From Dehalococcoidia bacterium (lineage in GTDB: Bacteria > Chloroflexota > Dehalococcoidia > Lucifugimonadales > UBA3495): DNA of 46,072 nucleotides. Positions 8,499 through 17,700 of the stretch are shown here, in pieces (the first letter of the stretch is position 1; each line of letters starts with the position of its first letter). The stretch lies in the NCBI GenBank assembly GCA_963693555.1, contig CAVOAA010000001.1, positions 1-46,072 of the forward strand, read 5' to 3'. A program made the translations under genes and the position numbers. The notes below the pieces were generated by a model. It had not been told where the DNA came from. It saw only the letters and a list, made by a program, of their open reading frames with translations, and did no database searches.

Positions 8499-8620
8499 TT
8501 AGCTGTTGTTGGCCAGGCTCTCGATCCTCACTGTTTCAACGAACATGATGAATGACCTCAGTTGCAGGAATAGTGTCCCCTCTGAAATGGGGGACTGTTT
8601 CGTGGATGTGAATATTGTAA

Positions 8621-8649
8621 ACCGCCGGAGACTGGAAGTCTTCGGCGGT
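8621..8649 (-). terminator. Hairpin (possible terminator or attenuator) between the sulfite-oxidase-family gene and the MBL-rhodanese gene
   Basis: accgccggagac-tggaa-gtcttcggcggt gives a 12-bp stem with one mismatch. On the minus strand it is followed by a T-containing stretch (tttacaatatt). Confidence 0.45.
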
Positions 8650-8662
8650 AAATGCTTGTCTG

Positions 8663-9733
8663 TTACTGGGGTTTTCTGACCGTGATGGGGACGGAGTGGA
8701 TGGAATTGACCTCGTAACCGCGGAAGTTCCAGGTGGCCAACATAGGCTGCACGTTGCCCGCGCTATCCGTTGCCCGGGAACGCAGGAGCGAGTGCCCCAG
8801 ATTGGTGGCGTCCCAGTCGATCTCCCAATGCTGCCAGGAGTATTTCCCGGACGGCTTATCCAACTTGGCGTCCCGCCAGGTACGGTCGTCGTCGGTACTG
8901 ACCTCTACTCTGGTGATATCGCCGTCGCCCGACCAGGCCACGCCCTTGATGGTATGTTTGCCTGGTTCAAGGATGTTTCCTTTGACCGGGGTGCTGATCA
9001 GCGACTTTATCTTCAGAGACGACACTCGCGTCACATCAGAGTCCACCTTGCCGTCGGTGGCGGGGTAAAAGCGGTAATCCAATTCATGAAATCCACCGTT
9101 GGGATGGTCCATAACGGTGATTTTGGTCAACCATTTGACTGAGGCCATGCCGTACCATCCTGGCACTAGCAACCGGATGGGAAAACCGTGGTCTTTGGGG
9201 ATTGGCTCGCCGTTCATTTCATAAGCGAGAAGAGTATCGGCGTCCAGTAATTTTGCCAGCGGCACGCTCATCTCGTAGGGCATTGACTTGCCAGCGGCCG
9301 GCACATCGCCGGAGTCCAATCCCACAAATAAGACATCGGTAGCAGATGCCTTGAGGCCAGCCTGTTCCAACACGGTTTTGATCGACACGCCTTTCCAACT
9401 GGAGACGCTGACTGCTCCGTTGTCCCATTGGACTCCCTCGGCGGGTGGCTGCATGGTTGAGCGGCTGTTGCCGGCGCATTCCATGAGATTGATGACCTCG
9501 TGGCTAGGCATCTTGAGCAGGTCATCGTAGGAGAGATCGAGGGGGTTGTTCACGTCGCCGGTGATTGGCAATGACCAATCGGCGGTGTTGATCTGAGGGG
9601 CGGGAAAGTGGCTGCGGATGAAGTGGCCTTCATTGGGGAGGACGGGGACGTCTAGGTTCTTTAGAAAGACGGCCGCACAAAGGGGGTCTTCAGATAGAAC
9701 ATTCAGGTCGCCAGCGGAGTCTGTGTCTGGCAT
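8663..9733 (-). CDS. Sulfite-oxidase-family molybdopterin oxidoreductase (Mo-binding plus dimerisation domains), no signal peptide
   Basis: NLMECAGNSR (Mo-ligand Cys region), HGFPIRLLVPGWYGMASVKWLTKITV and the C-terminal Ig-like dimerisation region (GVAWSGDGDITRVEVSTDDDRTW). SD GGAG lies 6 nt before the ATG. Confidence 0.85.
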   Translation of the reverse strand: MPDTDSAGDLNVLSEDPLCAAVFLKNLDVPVLPNEGHFIRSHFPAPQINTADWSLPITGDVNNPLDLSYDDLLKMPSHEVINLMECAGNSRSTMQPPAEGVQWDNGAVSVSSWKGVSIKTVLEQAGLKASATDVLFVGLDSGDVPAAGKSMPYEMSVPLAKLLDADTLLAYEMNGEPIPKDHGFPIRLLVPGWYGMASVKWLTKITVMDHPNGGFHELDYRFYPATDGKVDSDVTRVSSLKIKSLISTPVKGNILEPGKHTIKGVAWSGDGDITRVEVSTDDDRTWRDAKLDKPSGKYSWQHWEIDWDATNLGHSLLRSRATDSAGNVQPMLATWNFRGYEVNSIHSVPITVRKPQ

Positions 9734-9794
9734 GGTTGTCTCCTTTCTAAATTTATTTGTTTTGGGCGTGTTACATACGAGTCCGTTGGCCGGG

Positions 9795-9905
9795 CTAGGA
9801 GCCGCTGACCGTGCAACCGTGGCTGGCCGTGGTGGCCATCACGATGATGCCGATTAAGAGGAGCACAATGAATGCCCGTTGGGGGCGTAGGTTGGGAAAG
9901 CGCAT
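9795..9905 (-). CDS. Speculative small ORF (36 aa) encoding a signal-peptide-like or single-TM peptide
   Basis: MRFPNLRPQRAFIVLLLIGIIVMATTASHGCTVSGS: basic N-region, 14-residue hydrophobic core, then SHGC. It lies 61 nt upstream of and co-directional with the sulfite-oxidase-family gene. There is no homology evidence. Confidence 0.2.
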   Translation of the reverse strand: MRFPNLRPQRAFIVLLLIGIIVMATTASHGCTVSGS

Positions 9906-10226
9906 CCTTAATATCCACTCCATTTCGGGATTGCAAACGGGAGCCTGCCGGTCATTCCCGAAGCGCGTTGGAAGTATATCGCAAGTGGAGCGGGGCAGTA
10001 CAGTACCCAATCCAGTGGGTAATTTACACTTGTCATAACCACCTATAAGCGGTCTATTCCAGGTGCCTATTTCGTGGGTGATTCAGGCGTGGGACTGAGA
10101 CCGGGATTGTGATAATATACGCCTTGGCTTATCTAGAAAATCTATCGAACATAGGCATCGCGTTTTTTTACGCCCGAATTGTGCCTGAATATATCTCCCA
10201 AATAAACACTAACTAGGAGCGAGAGA

Positions 10227-12548
10227 ATGCTTGAGTACAAGCCCAACATGGTGCTCTCCAATGAAGAATTTGACTCGATAGGTTCTTCACCGATCCGCCA
10301 TGACGGAGCTGACAAGGTAACCGGGCGCGCCAGGTACGGCGCCGACAACAACATGCCCGGCATGCTCTACGGGAAGATCCTGCGCAGCCCACACGCTCAC
10401 GCCGTGATCAAATCGGTGGATGCCAGCGCCGCTGAAGCCCTGACCGGCGTCCATGCGGTGGTCACCTCCGCAGACTGGCCGGAGACTTCCATGAAGCTTA
10501 CCGACCTGGCGGAAGGCTCGATCCACAATCTGGGATTCTTGAGCATGAACGTTCTGGCTAGGGGCAAAGTTTTGTACAAGGGCCATCCTGTCGCCGCGGT
10601 GGCTGCAGTAAACGGTCACGTGGCTGAAGCAGCCCTGGCATTGATCAAGGTGGAGTATGAAGTGCTGAAGCCGGTGCTGTCCGCCGCCGAAGCCATGAAA
10701 CCCGACGCTCCGATCCTGCACGAGCGGTTGGCCGCCGTAGCCAGCCCCGCCCTCAGGCCCGGCGGAATATTGGAAGACGACGCCGAAAGCATGCGCACTA
10801 ATATCTCCAACCAGTTTGAATTCAGCCTCGGCGACCTCGAACAGGGCTTCAAAGACGCCGATATCATCGTTGAGAAAGCGACCACCACCCAGCCGGTCCA
10901 CCAAGGCTACATCGAGCCGCAGGCCGGTGTTGCCCACTGGCAGGCAGATGGCAAGGTGACGGTCTGGTCCAGCAGCCAGGGCCAGTTCACGGTCCGTGAC
11001 CAGACTGCCCGGTTCTTGGGCATCCCCGTTGGCCAGGTCAAAGCCATCCCCATGGAGATCGGTGGAGGCTTCGGCGCCAAGGGCATCACCTACGTGGAGC
11101 CTGTGGCGGCCCTCCTGTCCCGCAAGTCCGGCCGTCCGGTGAAGATTCAATTGACTCGGACAGAGGTCTTTGAAGCGACCGGCCCAACCTCAGGTACCCA
11201 GATCAAAGTTAAATTAGGCGCTACCAAAGACGGCAAACTCGTCGCTGCCGAGGCTGAACTGATCTTCGAAGCCGGCGCTTTCCCCGGATCTCCCGTCGGT
11301 GCCGCCGTCCAATGCATGATGGGTCAATACGACATCCCCAACGCTCATCTAAAAGCCATAGACGTGGTGATCAACCTGCCCAAGGCGGCAGCCTACCGGG
11401 CCCCGGGCGCTCCGGCCGCCGCGTTCTGCATGGAAACGGCGATGGATGAACTGGCTGAGAAGCTGGAGATCGATCCCCTGGAGTTCCGCTTGATGAACAG
11501 CGGCAAAGAGGGTTCCCGCCGGGTTACCGGTCCTGTGAACCCCTTGGTTGGCTACATCGAGACCCTGCAGGCAGCGAAAGACCATCAGCACTACAACACC
11601 GAACTGAGCGGTAAGCTGCGAGGGCGCGGCGTGGCCTCCGGGTTCTGGGGCAACAACTCCGGACCCGCCTCGGCTGTGATCGTGGTCAACTCCGACGGCA
11701 CGGTCAGCTTGACCGAGGGTTCACCCGACATCGGCGGCAGCCGTGTGGCCATGGCCATGCACGTTGCCGAGGTCCTGAACCTCTCCGTAGAAGACATCAA
11801 ACCACAGGTTGGCGACACCGACTCCATCGGCTTCACCTCCAATACCGGCGGCAGCAGCGTCACCTTCAAGACCGGTTGGGCCTGCTACACCGCTGCCCAG
11901 AGCGTGAAAGAGCAGATGATCCTGCGGGCCGCCAAGATCTGGGAGATCCCTGAATCAGACGTGGAGTACTCAGAAGCCGTCCTCCAGCACAAGTCGGACC
12001 CGGAACTAAAGCTGACGTTCAAGCAGATCGCCGCCCGGATGATTCCCACCGGAGGCCCCATCGTCGGTTCTGCCGGCGTGAACCCGCCCGGCCCCGGCCC
12101 GTCCATCGGCGTCCATGTGGTTGATGTGGAAGTAGACCCTGAGACTGGCAAAGTGGACATCCTCCGCTACACTGCCGTTCAGGACGCTGGTAAAGCCATC
12201 CACCCGGCCTACGTTGAAGGTCAGATTCAAGGCGGCGCGGTGCAGGGCATCGGCTGGGCGCTGAATGAAGAGTATGTCTACAACGAGAACGGCGCCATGC
12301 TCAACAGCAGCTTCCTGGACTACCGGATGCCCACCTCGCTGGACCTCCCGATGATCGACACGGTCATCGTAGAGGTAGCGAACCCCAACCACCCGTACGG
12401 TGTCAGGGGCGTTGGTGAGGTGCCTATAGTCCCTCCGATGGCCGCTATATCCAACGCCATCTACGACGCCATCGGCGTACGGATGAGCCACCTGCCCATG
12501 TCTCCGGACAAGGTACTAGAGGCCCTCTGGGCCAAAGAGGGCAAGTAA
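10227..12548 (+). CDS. Xanthine dehydrogenase / aldehyde oxidase-family molybdopterin-binding large subunit
   Basis: IRHDGADKVTGRARYGADNNMPGMLYGKILRSPHAHA (a/b hammerhead) and AAYRAPGAPAAAFCMETAMDELA; the 773-aa length is typical. SD AGGAG precedes the ATG. Confidence 0.9.
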   Translation: MLEYKPNMVLSNEEFDSIGSSPIRHDGADKVTGRARYGADNNMPGMLYGKILRSPHAHAVIKSVDASAAEALTGVHAVVTSADWPETSMKLTDLAEGSIHNLGFLSMNVLARGKVLYKGHPVAAVAAVNGHVAEAALALIKVEYEVLKPVLSAAEAMKPDAPILHERLAAVASPALRPGGILEDDAESMRTNISNQFEFSLGDLEQGFKDADIIVEKATTTQPVHQGYIEPQAGVAHWQADGKVTVWSSSQGQFTVRDQTARFLGIPVGQVKAIPMEIGGGFGAKGITYVEPVAALLSRKSGRPVKIQLTRTEVFEATGPTSGTQIKVKLGATKDGKLVAAEAELIFEAGAFPGSPVGAAVQCMMGQYDIPNAHLKAIDVVINLPKAAAYRAPGAPAAAFCMETAMDELAEKLEIDPLEFRLMNSGKEGSRRVTGPVNPLVGYIETLQAAKDHQHYNTELSGKLRGRGVASGFWGNNSGPASAVIVVNSDGTVSLTEGSPDIGGSRVAMAMHVAEVLNLSVEDIKPQVGDTDSIGFTSNTGGSSVTFKTGWACYTAAQSVKEQMILRAAKIWEIPESDVEYSEAVLQHKSDPELKLTFKQIAARMIPTGGPIVGSAGVNPPGPGPSIGVHVVDVEVDPETGKVDILRYTAVQDAGKAIHPAYVEGQIQGGAVQGIGWALNEEYVYNENGAMLNSSFLDYRMPTSLDLPMIDTVIVEVANPNHPYGVRGVGEVPIVPPMAAISNAIYDAIGVRMSHLPMSPDKVLEALWAKEGK

Positions 12549-12554
12549 CCGGAG

Positions 12555-12824
12555 ATGGCGGAAGTTTGGATCCCGCCCAAGTTGCAGCAGTTGACCGGCG
12601 GTAATCAGCAGGTCCAGGTGGAAGGCACCACCGTTCGCCGGTTGATCAACAACCTGGAAGCGAAGTATCCGGGAATAAAGGAATTCCTTGTCGACGAAGT
12701 AGAGGAAGACCTGGTCCCCGGTCTAGCCGTGATAATCGACGGCGAGGTCAGCCTACTAGGTATGCTGGATAAGGTCCTGGAGAACAGCGAGGTCCACTTT
12801 CTTCCTGCTATCGGCGGCGGCTGA
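12555..12824 (+). CDS. CysO/MoaD/ThiS-family beta-grasp sulfur-carrier protein ending in GGG
   Basis: 89 aa. IPPKLQQLTGGNQQVQVEGTTVRRLINNLEAKYPGIKEFL...SEVHFLPAIGGG resembles the CysO-type pattern (IP..L....GG...V...G.T......LEA.Y.GI...L). It starts 6 nt after the XDH stop, with GGAG inside the upstream gene's end. Confidence 0.75.
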   Translation: MAEVWIPPKLQQLTGGNQQVQVEGTTVRRLINNLEAKYPGIKEFLVDEVEEDLVPGLAVIIDGEVSLLGMLDKVLENSEVHFLPAIGGG

Positions 12825-12858
12825 CAGGGTCTTCGAGCACCTAGACACGGAAATATGT

Positions 12859-12898
12859 GGCGGGGCCGGCGGAAACGCTGGTCCCGCCGCTTGATTTT
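12859..12898 (+). terminator. Terminator after the CysO-like gene
   Basis: Stem GGCGGGGCC (12859-12867) / GGTCCCGCC (12880-12888, one G-U pair), followed by TTGATTTT. Confidence 0.6.
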
Positions 12899-12924
12899 GA
12901 TCGCATGATCAGCAAACCAGAGGT

Positions 12925-13377
12925 ATGAGCATGGCAGAGCATGGACCGATCAGGATACGCCCCAAGTTTAGCCCCCAGGCGCAGCGTGAAGTGCGCCGCA
13001 ATACCCCCTTGCGTCAGGCGCGAACCTGCTACGGACACCTGGCCGGAGTAGCCGGCGTGGCGCTGATGGACGAGCTGCTCAGCCTGGAATGGGTCGCAGA
13101 AAACGAGGAACCTATCTCCGGCAACCGCGTCGGCTATTCTTTGACTGCGACAGGACGCCAGGCGATGGACGAGATGGGCGTTGACCTGGCTGAGGCCGGC
13201 AGGTCCACCGGCAATTTCGCCTTTGGTTGTCTGGACTGGACCGAGAGTGGACACCATCTGGGCGGGTCTTTGGGCCGGGCGTTCACGGCCTGCCTGACCG
13301 AACGCGGCCTTGTGGGAAGAGAACCAGGCACCAGGGAAGTCCAATTACAGGGCGTTCCGGGTTCTTGGCTGAGATAA
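12925..13377 (+). CDS. Stand-alone homologue of the C-terminal domain found in long ArsR-type regulators (no N-terminal HTH present)
   Basis: ARTCYGHLAGVAGVALMDELL...YSLTATGRQAMDEMGVDL...FGCLDWTESGHHLGGSLGRAF matches the ARTCYDHLAG...CLDWSER.PHLAG module. Only about 30 residues precede it. Confidence 0.55.
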   Translation: MSMAEHGPIRIRPKFSPQAQREVRRNTPLRQARTCYGHLAGVAGVALMDELLSLEWVAENEEPISGNRVGYSLTATGRQAMDEMGVDLAEAGRSTGNFAFGCLDWTESGHHLGGSLGRAFTACLTERGLVGREPGTREVQLQGVPGSWLR

Positions 13378-13511
13378 CCCGGTCCAGTTAGACCGGGGGT
13401 TGGACGGCGGTGCCTCCCGCCGTTAGAATACGCGTGCCTTTGACCCGTGACCAACATGATTGCCTTGTATGGTTGCGTTGGGGAACCTGATTTTATCTGG
13501 AGTGAACACCC

Positions 13512-14717
13512 ATGCCGGACCAACTCACCGATTCTCAGCGCAAATGGTATGACCTGGCAGCCACCCACGCCGACGATTTTGCCACCCGCGCGGCCCAGCA
13601 CGACGAAGAAAACAGCTATCCCTATGAGAACATGGCGGCCCTCAGGGAGTCTGGCTATACCGCCATGCCCATTCCAGCTGACATGGGCGGCGGCGGAGCG
13701 TCCCTGCTGGAGGTCTGCATCGCCCAGAACCGGCTGGCACAGGGCGATGGCGCAACTGCCCTGGCAGTGAACATGCACTTTGGACTGCCTTACGTCATGT
13801 GTGACCTGATCAAGGCGGGTGACGACCACCCCCGGCCTCTTCTTGAGAAGATCGCCGCTGAGAAGCTGATGGTATTCGCTGCGGTAACAGACCCGCAGGT
13901 GGATTCACTCAAGGGCGTCACCGGCTTGGGTTACACGACAGTTAAGGCCACCAAGACCGACGGCGGCTTCCTGATAAATGGCCGCAAGGGCTTTGCCACC
14001 AACAGCCCCGGCGGCGACCTATTCGCCAGCACGGCCATCTACGACGACCCGGATGAGGGCGAGGTTGGCCTGATCTATATGATTCCCCCGGACACCGAAG
14101 GCCTGACTTGCCTGAATGACTGGAACACCATGGGCATGCGGGCCAGTCAGAGCCATAGCTGGACGCTGGAAAACGTATTCGTAGCTGAAGAGGGTGTGAT
14201 CAGGCATAAGCCCTGGGTCTGGGACGAGTTCGCCAGGGGCCTGTGGGCCTGGCACGGCGGGAGCTTTGCCAGCATCTACCTGGGTATAGCAAAGGCAGCC
14301 AGAGACTTCGCCATCCAACAGACCATTGGCCGCTCCCGGATTCCTTTCAAGCATCCTGAAAGTTACTATCCCGGCCATCAGTTCCTCGCCGCAGAGATGG
14401 ACATCACTTTGAATGCGGCCTGGACGTTCCAAAAGAGTATCGCAGAGCGTCTGGACGGAGAGAACGCACGGGATGACGCCACTCTGATGGAAGCCATAGG
14501 TATGCAGTATTTCTGCATGAAAGCAGCCCAGGATGTGGTCAACAAGGCAGTGGACATGGTCGGCGGCGCGGCTCTGGCCAAAGGACGGCCGCTGGAGCGT
14601 TATTACCGCGACGTCCGGGCGGGCACCATGCACCCTGTCGGCGGGTTTGACGCCCTCGAGCTTATCGGTAAACACGCCTTCGGAATACCGTTCGATGTGG
14701 AGCCCCGGTACGTTTAG
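13512..14717 (+). CDS. Acyl-CoA dehydrogenase family protein
   Basis: Size (401 aa) and motifs: ENSYPYENMAALRESGYTAMPIPADMGGGG, GRKGFATNSPGGDLF and ERYYRDVRAGTMHP. Confidence 0.8.
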   Translation: MPDQLTDSQRKWYDLAATHADDFATRAAQHDEENSYPYENMAALRESGYTAMPIPADMGGGGASLLEVCIAQNRLAQGDGATALAVNMHFGLPYVMCDLIKAGDDHPRPLLEKIAAEKLMVFAAVTDPQVDSLKGVTGLGYTTVKATKTDGGFLINGRKGFATNSPGGDLFASTAIYDDPDEGEVGLIYMIPPDTEGLTCLNDWNTMGMRASQSHSWTLENVFVAEEGVIRHKPWVWDEFARGLWAWHGGSFASIYLGIAKAARDFAIQQTIGRSRIPFKHPESYYPGHQFLAAEMDITLNAAWTFQKSIAERLDGENARDDATLMEAIGMQYFCMKAAQDVVNKAVDMVGGAALAKGRPLERYYRDVRAGTMHPVGGFDALELIGKHAFGIPFDVEPRYV

Positions 14718-14798
14718 CCCTAGTACGTTTACCGGTACTTTTAACGTATAGGTCTATCAGCTTAAATCCAAAGAAATAAAAACGGGGAGTAGCTCGCT

Positions 14799-17700
14799 GT
14801 GTACGTGATTGGAATCGACGTCGGTGGCACGTTCACCGACTTTGTAGTCGCTCAGGAAGGCCAACCTCCCCGCTATTTCAAGACTGCCTCCACGCCCAAC
14901 GACCCGTCCGAGGGTCTGATGACCGGGCTAGGTGATGCCGCCGCCGCCCACGACTTGTCGTTGGAGGACTTTCTGGCTGCGGCCGACATGATCATCCACG
15001 GCAGCACCGTGGCCACCAACACCCTGGTGGAGCGCAAAGGCGCCAAGGTCGGGCTGATCACCACCGACGGCTTTCGGGACCTGCTGGAGATGCGTGAGGG
15101 GCTGAAAGAAGACCGCTACAACCTGCGCATGACCCCAGTGGTGCCGCTGGTGCCCAGGTATCTGCGTTCCGAGGTTCCAGAGCGAGTCAGGTCTGACGGT
15201 AGCACCAAAGTCGCCCTGGATGAAGATGCCCTGAACGCGGCCCTCGACGGCTTGAAAGACGAGGGTGTCGAAGCCCTGGCCGTCTGCTTCCTGTTCTCCT
15301 ACCTGAACTCCGCTCACGAGGACCGGGTCGGCGAGATCATCCAGGCCAAGTTCCCCGGTATGTACACCTCGCTGTCATCTCAGGTCATCCCCCAGATAAA
15401 AGAGTTTGACCGTCTCAGCACCACCGTGATCAACTCCTACGTGGGCCCCGTCCTAGGACGATATCTGGAGAACCTGCAAGAGCGGTTAACCCAGATCAAC
15501 ACTTCCGGCCAACACTCCGCCGACTTCCTGATCATGCAGTCCAACGGCGGCGTTGCGCCCATCGAGGACTCACGCCGCTTGGCGGTGCGTTCCATTCTGT
15601 CCGGCCCTGCCGGCGGTGTCAGTGGCGCGGCAGCCTACGGACGGCTGTCCGGGTCGAACGATATCATCGCCTTCGATATGGGCGGCACCAGCACCGATAT
15701 TTCACTGATAGAGAACGGCGAACCCCATCTGAGCACCGAAAAATTCGAGGCTGGCTGGAAGATATCGGTGCCGATGATCGATATCCATACTATGGGTGCA
15801 GGCGGGGGCAGCATCGCCTCCGTTGGCCCCGGCGGCATCATGCAGGTGGGTCCGGAGAGCGCCGGCGCCATGCCCGGCCCGGCTGCCTACGGCAAGGGCG
15901 GCGAAAAACCCACGGTCACCGACGCCAACCTGGCCCTGGGCTACCTGGATGCAGGTAACTTCCTGGGTGGCAGCACAGTGCTCGATAAATCGCTGTCTGA
16001 GGAAGCAATCGCCGGACACGTAGCACAGCCCACCGGCCTTTCAATGGTCGAGGCGGCCGAGGGTATCTCCGAAGTGGTATCAACGTCCATCGCCGAGGGA
16101 ATTCGGCTGATGTCTGTGCAACGCGGCGTCGACCCACGCCGGTTCACCATGATGGCCTTTGGCGGCGCAGCCGGGCTCCAGGCCGGAAAAGTGGCCAGGC
16201 AGCTCCAGGTGGAGAAGGTGATCATTCCAGCCGCGGCCGCTGTTCTATCGGCCCACGGGATGCTGTCCACCGACCTCAAATACGACTATTCCCGGTCCCA
16301 CCCGTCCGCGCTCCTGAGCATGGACCTAGATGCTGTCAAGAACCTGGTAGCCGGGATGGAAGACGAAGGCCGTCAAAAGTTGCTGGGTCAGGGTGTGCCG
16401 GAGGAGAAGATCGAGGTCACGATTTCCGCCGACATGCGCTACCTAGACCAGATATATGAAGTCAACGTTCCGATTCCCAACCTGACCCAGGGCGCTGAAA
16501 CGCTGCTGAACCAGTGGGCAGAGAACTTCCATCAGCGTTACCGGGAGCTGTATTCCTACAGTCAGTCTGAACAGGAGATACGGCTGGTGACGGTACGAGT
16601 GAGCGTGGTGGGACGCCTGCCCAAGCTGGACCCGCCGCCGCTGGAAACTGGAAGCGGCCAGCCTGCCAAGCCGAAGGGAAGCAGACAGATCTACTTGGGC
16701 GGTTGGACGGACGCTCCGATCTACGAGATATCAGAGCTATCACCCGGCAGTTCGGTGGACGGCCCGGCCGTGTTGGAGTCGGACTTCACCACCGTGCTGG
16801 TTGAGACCGGTGATAAGGCGACCATCGACCCCTATGGCGGAATTGAATTGCAGGTGTCTTTAGAATCTACTGGCACGGCTGCTGCTGCGACGGACCGGCC
16901 AGATCCCGTGACTCTGGCGGTGGTGGAGCACCGTTTGGAGTCCATCGCCCGGGAGATGACCGAGGTGATGCTGCGGACGGCCATGTCCCAGATACTGAAC
17001 TCCAGCCGCGATTTCTCCACCGCAATTTTGGACGCCGAATGCCAGTTGGTGGCCCAGGGCGAAGGAATCCCGGTACACGTGAGCGCCCTGCCGGTGGCTG
17101 GTGCGGCGGTGCGGGACTACTTTGGCGATAGCATCTCTGAAGGCGACTTGTTCATCTTGAACGACCCCTATTTCGGCGGCAGCCACTTGCCCGACATCAC
17201 CATCATCAAGCCCGTCTTTCATGAAGGAAAGCTGCTGTTCTACGGCGTGAACCGTGCTCACCACAGCGATGTCGGCGGCGGCACCCACGGCGGCTACAAC
17301 CCCCGCGCCACCGAGATTTTCCAGGAGGGCATCCGCATCCCGCCGCTGAAGCTGTACGACAAGGGCGTTCCCAGAGAAGATGTTCTGCAGATGCTCTCGG
17401 CCAATGTGCGCCAGCCGGAGAATTTCCTGGGTGATTTGAACGCCCAGATTGGTTCAACGATGATTGCCGCCCAGCGCATCGCCGAGCTGTTGGAGAGCTA
17501 CGGGTCGGAAAGGCTGTTGGCGTCGGTTGAGGAGATACTCTCCGCCACCGAGCGTCAGGTGCGGCAGTTCATCACGGAGTGGCCTGATGGCGTCTACTAC
17601 GGCGAGTCCCTGGTGGACGACGATGGCTTCGATAACAAACTGATCCCGATCCGGGCCAAGGTGACAATCGCCGGAGACTCCATGGCCATCGACCTGGGTG

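Noticed and set aside
8499-8501. Genetic-code reassignment (TAA or TGA as sense codons) as the explanation for the two interrupted genes
   Set aside because: TAA terminates many well-defined genes here (the DAHP synthase gene, rpoB, rpoC, the XDH-family gene), and TGA terminates others (for example 1514-1516 and the CysO-like gene). The code is standard. The TAA is best read as a mutation or error, and only the TGA has a Sec-compatible context.
9734-9905. The idea that the 36-aa signal-like ORF is a detached signal peptide of the sulfite-oxidase-family gene, split off by a frameshift
   Set aside because: The two ATGs are 172 nt apart, so they are in different frames. The 61-nt spacer contains stops in several frames plus a good SD for the downstream ATG. 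A single indel cannot join them.
10287-11150. 287-aa minus-strand ORF inside the XDH-family gene (similar long antisense ORFs lie at 12006-12491, 17454-18185, 30722-31549, 37691-38455 and 39584-40270)
   Set aside because: All lie antisense to genes with strong family signatures. They have Arg/Gly/His-rich low-information sequences and no start-site context. They are artefacts of high GC content.
12841-13344. 167-aa minus-strand ORF (and 13134-13829, 231 aa) competing with the plus-strand ArsR-C-terminal-domain gene
   Set aside because: The plus-strand product carries a recognisable conserved module (ARTCYGHLAG...CLDW). The minus-strand products are Arg/Gly/Pro-rich with no motifs and would run through the terminator at 12859-12898.
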